Program-made: the position numbers and the translations under genes
Shown: positions 12,223-21,377 of the stretch, piece by piece
Layout: every line of letters begins with the position of its first letter
How positions within the stretch are numbered: position 1 is the stretch's first letter
NCBI GenBank assembly: GCA_051294375.1
Contig: CM119266.1
Coordinates: 10,720,995 to 10,784,994 of the forward strand
Reading direction: 5' to 3'
Source of the DNA: Paraspadella gotoi
Taxonomy: Eukaryota; Animalia; Chaetognatha
DNA length: 64,000 bases
The notes under the pieces: generated by a model
The model's database searches: none
Seen by the model: only the letters and a program-made list of their open reading frames with translations
Told to the model about the DNA's origin: nothing

Positions 12223-14267
12223 CAATTACTATTACATCAATCAATCAATTATTATTATATTAATAATTTGTTATCGCATCAATCATTCTTTTTTTAAAAT
12301 TTTTTCATTAATTTTCGTTGATAGTAACGTCTGGCGAGATCACTATACTTTTAAGATTTTTTTTTCATAAGCCTACCTTATTACATTAAACATTAAATTT
12401 TAAATTTCAAATTTAAAAAAATCGTTTAAATTAATGAATTGATATTTGGCCATTCCGCTTCATTTTTCAAACGCCATGTGAATAGTAAATAGTAATTATA
12501 CTTTGGTCTAAAAAATCTTTGGCAGAAGTTGCAAAAAGACTACTTAATAACTGCACCATTTAATAGACCTCAGTTATAGTTGTAGTCTAATAGAGTAATA
12601 CGACTTTTAGACCTAAATTGAACCTAACCTAAATTTCACAGGTTGTTGGCATATCGGGTTTCATTAGTGTGTTCTAAAGTGTAAAATTTTAAATTAAACT
12701 TAAAATTTGTTATATATTGGATTAATTTCGAGCCGACCTGCCTCCGTCAGTCTTCTTTTATTCTCTCATTCTCTCACTCTCAAAAAAAAAAAAAAAAACA
12801 CTTCTTGCATGAAGTCAATTGGTTGTCAGGTTGTCCCCGAAAATTAAATTCATTTTGCGAAAACGCATATAATATCAAAAATTATAAATCTATGATGTCC
12901 TTATATTTTATTATTAATCCTTTATATTGTATATATTGTTTATATATTTAATATATGTATGTTTTTAGTTTATGGTATTTTAATTTATTTTATAAATACC
13001 AATTCAATTTTTTTATTAGTTTACAAAATAGTATGCTTTATCAGTTAGGCTCTGCTTTAAAAAAATCCTATCCATACTTCACAGGTTATTTTTTTAATGT
13101 TCAATTGTTCATAAAAATTACCAATTTCTTGTTATTTAAAGATAATTAAGTTTTTTGCTTGTTAAGTTGGATATTTTTTTCTAGCTTGGCACAAATAATG
13201 TTTGTTGAGTATTTGTTACTATTTTGTTAGACTTTATCACGCTCAAGTGATAAAAAGTTAAATTTAAAATATTAATAAATAATGAGAAACCTTTAAAAAG
13301 AAAAAAAAACACAAAAATTAAGATTAAAAGATCTGTAATCTAAAGAAAAATTACAGATTGCTATCCTGTGTTTTGTCTGCTCAATTTTTTATTTAAAATT
13401 GTAATGTCGCATTACAAATGCGATCTTTTTTGTATACCCTATGACGTACTAATTTTAAATATTTTAGCGATAACTCGCTCATGGACTTAAAAATATTTAT
13501 GGCTATGTGAGAATGGCAAAATCCAATTCCTGAATAAGACGATAAAGCTGCTTACTTCGTAAGTAAAGAAGATAATATTCATCTCATGATACCGGTGATA
13601 TGATGTATAATTCTTTAATATGTAATCCTATTATTATTTCAATAAAAATATTTACAAAGTATTAATTTACATCAGGTTCAAATAAAAAATTAGGTATTAT
13701 TTAGATGTAGTGACACACTTTTGCGTTTCAAGAATGAAGTAGACACTAATTTAATTCAATAAATTTTAAATAAACCCTCACAGAGTTGTATTGCTCCAGT
13801 CAATGTAGTCTGTTGCAATCGTTGCATCCAATGGAACTTGCTTAAGCTTCTCCCTTCCCAGCATATTTTTTTCTTTTTCTGTGATTCCATCGTTCCCCTC
13901 CATTAACACGTATCATCACTGACATGATTTTCGATTTCCATTTCATTTATCCATGGTGAGTGATCAAAAAATGAAAATTGAAACAATAAATCTTGTGTCA
14001 TTGACCGATTTGTTTTTAAATTACATCTTTTTTGAGAGAGACCGCTATCGAAGATATATTTTACGTAGTTAAAAGAGACTATGCATGAAATGAGTTAGAT
14101 ATAATTCTTTCCTTCTTTTCATCTACTACCTAGTACCTACCTGTAGACAACGTCGACAATGTCAATGTACAATGTGACTCGACATGCATTTATAAATGAA
14201 TCGTAGGCATGACTTCACGGATGAGAATGAAGTTCCTCACTGGCTCCTTTTGAATATCAGTACTTAC

Positions 14268-14354
14268 AGATTAGATCATTCATATGAAAAATCTACATTG
14301 CCAGTAGCCTAATTTCTAAGCAGGTGTAGATTTTTCTTATAAATGAGCTAATCT
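14268..14354. repeat. Short inverted repeat (about 34-bp arms)
   Basis: AGATTAGATCATTCATATGAAAAATCTACATTGC pairs with GCAGGTGTAGATTTTTCTTATAAATGAGCTAATCT with few mismatches. Confidence 0.7.
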
Positions 14355-14419
14355 AAAGTTATAGCTGGGCCCCCACAGTTTTTCGCGCTTGGCGAGGTTT
14401 ATACAGGGGTGGGACCATA

Positions 14420-15103
14420 CAGAGGGCTTCATATTATAAAATGTGGTACCCCTTTTTTGTGACCAGAACACGTTCCGAGAAAACTACTGAAGAATTTAAT
14501 GAAATTTTGCATGCGGAGTACCAGTAGTGATACAAATGGAACTATCGAGGCAATTTTTTACATTCCACCCCTAAGCTGAGATAAGGGGCCCTGAGGGGGC
14601 AGCCCCTGAGGGCCACAAATGGTCAAAAAAATTTTTCAAATTTATTTATTATTTTTGTTTTAAACCGTTGCACAGACGTTTACTCTTCCACAAAATTGTA
14701 TTTATTACTTCAAAAATATTCATTTACCCTAATTTTTAGCTTCATGAATATCAGCGATAAAACTATGAACCATGCATCTTCAACCATGCTTAATTATTGC
14801 AAATTTATCAATTTTAGTTCTAAAATGTTTTTTTCTTATATTTAAAACGTCAATGCACCTGATGCTACTAAAAAAATTTGAAAAATAAAAATAAAATTTT
14901 AACATTTTTTGGTCCCCCAGAGGTCATCCCCCAGGGCCCTGAATCTCTTGTCAGGGGTTGAATATCAAAATTCGCCTCGATAGTTCCATTTAGTCATTAG
15001 CACTCTAAATGTAAAATTTTATTAAATTCGATTGGGTAGTTTGGTGGGAACAGATTCTGGTCACAAAAAAGGGGTACTACATTTTATAATATGAAGCCTT
15101 TTG
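14420..15103. mobile_element. Tc1/mariner-type MITE, TA-flanked, long inverted arms
   Basis: TA|CAGAGGGCTTCATATTATAAAATGTGGTACCCCTTTTTTGTGACCAGAA versus TTCTGGTCACAAAAAAGGGGTACTACATTTTATAATATGAAGCCTTTTG|TA. Inner inverted blocks such as AATGGAACTATCGAGGC / GCCTCGATAGTTCCATT. Confidence 0.88.
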
Positions 15104-15444
15104 TATATCTGGGCAAAAAAGAATTTTTAAGCAACTACAAGGTGTTGTGGATGTTTTCAAAATTTTAAGTCGTTTTTATGCTCGCGCATTATATTGCATA
15201 TGATAAAAGCTATACTTGTTAATATTTTTCGGTGGTCGTTTCTGAACATGATAGTGTTGTCTTATCTTCAATTTACCTTATTTTAAGCTTCTCATATCTA
15301 TCCAAATTAAAATTATTAAAATTTCTTTCAGGTAAACACAACTAAATATTTAAAAGATTTTAACGAATTTGCTTAAATCGTCAAAAAAAATTATATTTTT
15401 TTTGTTTAGTCACTTTTATTATGCATTCCTGAAGAAATCTTACA

Positions 15445-16050
15445 TATGGTGGACTAAAATCCACCACTGGTGCCTGAGGCAAGTCATTCGCCTCTCAACC
15501 CAAAGGTCCGGGGTTCTAGCACGGTGGTTGCCTAGCAGTTAAGAGGGACTGGGTGCTTAACCCGCCTGTGCACGGTGTTACAGCCTGATCCGGAGCTCAG
15601 GGACTAACACTAACTAACACATCAATAATTTCCGTCTCTTCATTGGTGAGCGACTGTTCCGATCACGACAACACTTTCAGGCGACATGCCTCAACCTGGC
15701 AATGCACTTTCCGCCAAACAACACATCAGGCGACATGCCTCAACTTGGTGACTAACTTTCCATCAACAACAATTCACTGAAGAGACGCAAGACTTCTCCC
15801 TACGTGAGGGGGGATGTATGGTGGACTAAAATCCACCAACTGTTCATCAGCGGTCACTGGTGTCAGAGGCAAGTCATTCGCCTCCCAACCCAAAGGTCCT
15901 GGGTTCAAGCCCGGTGGTCGCCTAACAGTTAAGAGGGACGGGGTGCTTAACCCGCCTGTAACACGGTGTTACAGCCTGATCCGAAGCTCAGGGTCTGCTT
16001 TATTGAACGTTCTGTTACTAACACATAACATAATTACTGTCTCTTCAATG
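15445..16050 (+). mobile_element. Tandem pair of tRNA-derived (Gly-like) SINE-type units
   Basis: Two homologous units of about 200-230 bp (15445-15640, 15817-16050). The second has a tRNA-like head at 15850-15922: acceptor-like stem GCGGTCA/TGGTCGC, A-box TGGTGTCAGAGG, TCGCCTCCCA (tRNA-Gly-CCC-like) and B-box GGTTCAAGCCC. The anticodon stem does not pair. Confidence 0.65.
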
Positions 16051-16589
16051 ATTAATTTAATTATCTGACAATATCGTTAATAAATTTTTGATATAAATAA
16101 GTTTTATTAAATATTGACTCTACAATAACTTACCTGAACCTTACCCGCTGATTTCAAATTTTTTTAACAAAAGTGCAATGTACAATGTATACCTTGCCAG
16201 AAGAATTTTTAGTTGCACCGCAGTACTCTGCCTATTCCTACGTTAAAAATGCATATAATTTTCCTATAGTTGGTTGCTCATTTGTTAAAACAGAAAAAAT
16301 CTCAAATCTAAGGGACTGCAAGCGCCGCCTTTAGGAATTTTAAAACTATAAGAAATAAAAGATGAAGAAAGTCTTTTTGTCATGTCATGTTATGTTGTGT
16401 CATATCTTGTTGATCAAAGGGAAATTAATGTAAAAATAAATTTCCTGCAGCGCAACATATTGCCATTCTTGTTATGAAATTCGTACAACCAATATAAAAA
16501 TTATCCATTCATTAATAAATAAGCTATCTTATATTACAAAAAAATAGTTTTAAAAATATTTTATCTGGTATGTTTTAGAATGAGATTGA

Positions 16590-16788
16590 ACAAAATTTTA
16601 CTTATGCCGACCGGGTTTTTGGCGTTTTTTAAAAAACTATTTAAAAATATATATTTTTAAAAATAAAATTAATTAAAATTATTACTTAATTACCCTAACC
16701 CTAAACCCTTTTAATCTTAACTACCCTTAACCTTAAACCACCCTTAACCCTAACCCTTTACCCTGGTCGGTGAAAGTAAAATTAACCC
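16590..16788. mobile_element. MITE with telomere-like core, copy b
   Basis: AATTTTACTTATGCCGACCGGG ... CCCTGGTCGGTGAAAGTAAAATTAACC inverted ends, with CCCTAA/CCTTAA repeats inside. Confidence 0.7.
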
Positions 16789-16808
16789 CAATAAGTATTC
16801 AATCATTT

Positions 16809-17302
16809 CTTTTAACGTCATCGCAAGCACTAATAATTTAATATAAAGATAATTAAAGATATATTTTCATCATGGAGAAATGCATTTAACAAACGAATTT
16901 TTTTTTTTTTTTTTTCATTCAAAAAAACTTATTCATGATACCAAAAATTCGTGAAGCGTTGGAAATCAGACGGCACAGCAGCGGCCCAGGAGAGGGACTC
17001 AACGAGGAATGGGGGGCCTACGTAAAAACAGACGCTTGGAACCCCGTCTTCCATGAACTGAACTGATGGTGTTTTTATTAATGACTACTGCCTATTCCTA
17101 CCAAGGTCATTTCTTTCTTTCTCTCTCTCTCTCCCTCTCTCTCTCTTTCCCTTCTCTCTTTACTCTTTTTAAACAAATCATTTTTCTCGTTTTTTTCACT
17201 TTTTGCCACTGATGATGACTTTGCAATATAAGTCGAAATATTTGGAAAAAAAAATCGTTTGTTAAATGCACTTTTCTCCATGATGAAAATATTTCTTTAA
17301 AT
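16809..17302 (+). mobile_element. 5'-truncated Penelope-like retroelement (inverted pLTR fragment, GIY-YIG C-terminus, pLTR with hammerhead)
   Basis: 16944-17066 encodes KIREALEIRRHSSGPGEGLNEEWGAYVKTDAWNPVFHELN*, the REALEI...LN...G...W.P end typical of PLE GIY-YIG endonucleases. Inverted repeat 16850-16905 versus 17246-17302. 13-bp direct repeat TATTCAATCATTT at 16796-16808 and 17303-17315. Confidence 0.88.
17201..17250 (+). ncRNA. Minimal type I hammerhead ribozyme motif in PLE pLTR
   Basis: Helix I TTTTGCCA / TGGAAAAA, core CTGATGA (17209-17215), one extra base, helix II GACTT/AAGTC, GAAA (17235-17238), palindromic minimal helix III (AATATT), predicted cleavage after 17242. Confidence 0.75.
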
Positions 17303-17748
17303 TATTCAATCATTTTTTTCCCAAACAATGCGGAAAAAACTAAGCAATTGATTTTGCTGTATCAAAGAAAGTATTAGATAAAAGAATTTTATAATAATTA
17401 TATTATATTGGCTAAAAGCTTAGAAAGAGTACTATTTGAATATTTATTCATATTTTGAAAGCCATTAATAATTTTAAAGTAATGATTTTTTTAAATTTGT
17501 CCAGATATACCCCTGTAATTTCTGGTCTTATAGTCCCAGAGTGAAATCATTCAGCCTTTCAATTTCAGCCCTCAAATACAAATTTAGCTGATCTAGTTGA
17601 TTTTAACGCAGCTTTTCTGATCAAATCACTGTAAATATTTCCCAATCACCATTGGGGATGAGAACGCTAAGTTAACTATTAATGGAATTTTAATTTGTCA
17701 CCAATTCGATTTCTGCTGTCTAAATATGATTTGAATAATAGCCAAACC

Positions 17749-17900
17749 TGGTTAATTTTATTTTCGCCGACCGGAGTTAGGAGTGTTTATGGTTAAGAGG
17801 GTTTATGGTTAAGGTAATTAGTAATACGTAATTACGTAATAATTTTTTAAATTTTTCAAAAGATACCGAAACCCCGGTCGGCAAGAATAAAATTTAGCCA
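17749..17900. mobile_element. MITE with telomere-like core, copy c (short)
   Basis: TGGTTAATTTTATTTTCGCCGACCGG ... CCGGTCGGCAAGAATAAAATTTAGCCA terminal inverted repeats, with GGTTA-type repeats inside. Confidence 0.75.
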
Positions 17901-18299
17901 TCAAACCAAAGGTGCGTTTACGTGATCTTCGTCAATGTGATGAAGCGGGTGATCTCCTGGATCGTACTCGAAACACACAATTGGAATGGTAAGTCAGCCC
18001 GCTTGGCCATTTGGCCATTTGGTATTGTTAGAGCAAAACCTGGGGTGAGATAATTTTCCGCCACCCTAATGACTTATGTGTGCAGAATTTTAGTATCCTT
18101 TTGGATATTTTGACGACCATAATCAACCTTGGCTATTTGTTAATCACATGACTTTTGTTTTCCCTTTAGCGTCGATTTTTAGTTAAATATTTTTTTTTTT
18201 TGTTGTAAAAAAGCTATTTTTGTATATTTATTATTAAGTATTATTCAAAAGTAATGTTTTATTTAAAATTAATACTTTTTATACATTCTTTGTTAATTG

Positions 18300-18530
18300 G
18301 TAAAAAAATCTTTAAAAATTTTTTTTGTTAATTGGTTAGGGTTAAGGGTAATTGGGGTTAAGGATTGGGGGTGGTCAGGGTTAGGGGTAGTTTTCAAAAT
18401 AAAATTTTTGATTTAGTTTTTCCGTTCTTATCAATATTTATTTTTGTGTAACAATATTTTAATATGTCGTTCATAAGCAGTGAAAAACAAATAACCGACC
18501 GCATAATCCCGGTCGGCGAATGTATAACCT
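18300..18530. mobile_element. MITE with telomere-like core, copy d (left boundary uncertain)
   Basis: GGTTAGGGTTAAGGG repeats at 18333-18390. The right end TAACCGACCGCATAATCCCGGTCGGCGAATGTATAACC is the reverse complement of the left end of copy a. Confidence 0.65.
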
Positions 18531-18997
18531 TATATGTAATATAAAAAAACTTTTTCTCAAGTATGTAAACTTATTTTAGCTGTGAGCACATCGAATACTG
18601 TGATGTGCTGCTCTTTTATTTCTTTTTTATAAGGTTCAGGGTGGCGCCTCTTATCCATAGTTTTCTTCCTATTCAATTTCCGGTTAACATAAAATTGTTA
18701 CCCTTTTTTTGAAGTGGTTATTGACATATAATTCTTGTGTAAATCAGTATTTTTTTCCAACACCTATCTATTGTTTTTCAAAGAAGCAATACAATCTCAT
18801 CATTAATCAAGACCTGAAACCTACAATATCAGTTTTTGCATTACTTGTTTATTTGCTCTTTGACTCCAAGAAAAACGTTGCGAATTCTACTGTTTAAATT
18901 TCTCATTCTTTTGAAACTATAAAATGGTCCTTTCTTTTAAAATAGTGTTAAAATTAAGTTTTTACTGTAAAGTACTTAATAAGCAATTTTAATATTT

Positions 18998-20140
18998 TGT
19001 CAAGCATGTCCTAAACAATGCCGGATCTTCACACGATAATAAGCGGTCATTAATTAATTTATTAATATATTTATTAATTATTAGATGTGATGATAGTCTT
19101 TGATGCGATTATAGATATTTATTGATTCGATGATAATCATTCATTAATACAATTAGGAGGATTTATTAATGCTATGATAATGAGACGATAATGGATGCTC
19201 TATATGATGCTAGAGAGTGATAGAGATATATAACAAATCATAACAGATTCCTTAATAAATAAATAAAATAATCTAGCAATCATTCAATCAACTGCTCAAT
19301 CAGCCAATCAATCATTTTAACTTAGAGAGAAAAAACTTAAAAATTTAAAAAGAATTCAAATAAATGTGACCTGTGTTTTTTTTCCATTTAAACTCCATTC
19401 CACTTGGACGATTCCTTTGAAACTTGATATCTAACTCAATCACGCACTTTCCTACTCTCGCATAAAATTTTATTTCAATCCATCCATAAAATTATAATTA
19501 ATTGGAATAATTAAGATTAAAGTAAATATGCCTTTTGTTTTTTTTTCTTTTAAACCCGATTCTACTTGCACGATTCCATCGAAACTTTATAACCAGCTCA
19601 ATCACACACTTTCTTACCCACATACCAAATTTCAAGTCCATCGTGAATTAGATTTTTTTGTTTTTCCCATTTTAATTCATTTACTCTTGGACGATTCCAT
19701 GGAAACAAGTCCATCGGCCCATCCACTCAAGCGTAATTGGCGTTCAAAGCAAAGGGGGGACCGACGTACATCGATTTTTTTGAATAGTTTATCTTTAGAG
19801 ATAAAACGAAAAATTCGTTGTAATAGCAATTTGTATTTTTATTATTGTACATGTTTCGACTCTTAGTGTTACGAGTCTTCATCAGCATCAACTCGTAACA
19901 CTAAGAGTCGAAACATGTACAATAATAAAAATAAAAATTGCTATTACAACGAATTTTTCGTTTCATCTCTAAACTATTTTAAATAGCAAAAAAGAAAGTC
20001 AAAAATACAATGAATAGTTTATCATAATTTGATGTTCTGACATGATTTAAGTATTTTATTGACAAGATTGGGGGGCGGACCGACAGACCGACAAAGTGAA
20101 TTATAGAGCCGGAATCTGCTGTAAGCAGATTCGGCTAAAA
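18998..20140 (-). mobile_element. HINE family A copy 3 (reverse), with internal tandem subrepeats and a nested PLE palindrome
   Basis: The reverse complement begins TTTTAGCCGAATCTGCTTACAGCAGATTCCGGCTCTATAATTCACTTTGTCGGTCTGTCGGTCC and ends ATCGTGTGAAGATCCGGCATTGTTTAGGACATGCTTGAC. Three CTTGGACGATTCC..GAAAC subrepeats at about 19400, 19565 and 19685. Confidence 0.75.
19794..20010 (-). mobile_element. Penelope-derived palindromic insertion with hammerhead motif and 13-bp target duplication
   Basis: 83-bp arms (19794-19876 and 19891-19973) with 2 mismatches and a 14-bp spacer. The - strand reads CTGATGA-A-GACTC-loop-GAGTC-GAAAC-AT-GTA (19885 to 19848). TGAATAGTTTATC occurs at 19781-19793 and 20011-20023. 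Confidence 0.85.
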
Positions 20141-20841
20141 ATATAAATTTTAAAGATATAGTTGCAGTATAAAATTGATTGACATCGCATGTGTTCCAGG
20201 AAAACATATCGCTGTATATTGTGTATAACCACTAACCATTTAACCAACTATAAAAATAAGGGATAAAAAATACAAAAAAAGAACCCTAAATAAAGACGAC
20301 TTCTGATGCCAAGACGAAACGACTCGAAAAACGAAAAGTCGCGTGCCAACGCCTTCGTTCGCGAGGATGAAATGGTTCGGGAGAAAGGAGAGAGAGTGAG
20401 ATGGTACTGGGTTGCGTCGACTCAAAAAAAAAAAAAAAGAGAGAGGGGAAGTGGGGTGAAAATAAAAGATGAGGCTTGTGTCGGTTGCTAAAAATAGGAA
20501 AAGAATGTGGAGGAGATGATTAGATTGATTTCGATTTTTCAAGATAACAATTCTTTTTTAAATTTTAATAAGTTTTAAATGCTCATAGTTTTTTCCCCAC
20601 TTTTATTTTCTGAAGAAAAGCATTTTCACGAAATACATTCTATTAAATGCATGTATTATTGACTTCTATCATGGTACAAACCATTCATTGCAAGGCGCGA
20701 TGGTAGTTGAAAGAAATTATCGTAAGAAATTGTTGCCAATTTATGAACAAGCTTAGGGGTGTAGGTAATCCTAAACATTGCAGTCGTTAGTTTAAGCGAG
20801 GCAAGCCTACTATATATGTGAGCTGATTAGCGCTCGATTTC

Positions 20842-21377
20842 ATCAAGTTTGAGTAAAAAGCGTCGGATCTGCCTAAAATTAATTAATGGGATGTTAAATC
20901 ATTTTAAAAAGAATAATATTTTTATATTTCTAATAAAATTATAAATGAAAAGTAGCTTGTTATAAAGTAAGTTATTAACAGTACCGGAGGTACTTATAGT
21001 GGGTATATGCTCTTTGATTAAAGCCGAATTCTAATTTGATCATTTAAAATTTTTATCTATCAATATTATTTAAAATAATTTGAGTTTGAAATTAAGGAAG
21101 AATATATACGGATAATTGCATAGATATTTTATATATAGAGGAAATTGGTACAACCAATATAAAAATTATCCATTCATTTAATAAATAAGCTATCTTGTCC
21201 CTGACTTTGGACAGGCTTTTGTGGTTTAAGGCCTCCATCACACATACAAGATAATAACATAGCAGGTTTCTGCAAGTTTTCAATATATAATTTTTTATGA
21301 TTTGATATTTTAAACGCCTGACCGACCAAACTATGAGGGCGACGCAGTGAATCTGCAGAAGCGGATCCTACTGAAAA
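20842..21377 (-). mobile_element. HINE family A copy 4 (degenerate, reverse)
   Basis: CAAGTTTGAGTAAAAAGCGTCGGATCTGC matches the reverse of the family 3' end. GACCGACCAAA...GAATCTGCAGAAGCGGATCCTACTGAAAA matches the reverse of the 5' end. Confidence 0.55.

Larger units (their letters stand above)
9938..12360 (+). mobile_element. HINE-like family B element hosting nested insertions
   Basis: T-run plus ATCTCGCCAGAC (9943-9954), a local inverted copy GGCGAGAT (9973-9980), and a distant exact inverted copy GTCTGGCGAGAT (12329-12340) followed by a short T-rich end. Contains an internal 22-bp minisatellite. Confidence 0.6.

Noticed and set aside
15850-15922. Functional tRNA-Gly gene
   Set aside because: The anticodon stem does not pair, and the sequence is part of a longer duplicated repeat; treated as SINE-like.
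11800-18390. True telomere or chromosome fusion scar
   Set aside because: The TTAGGG-like tracts are short, degenerate and always enclosed by the same inverted ends.
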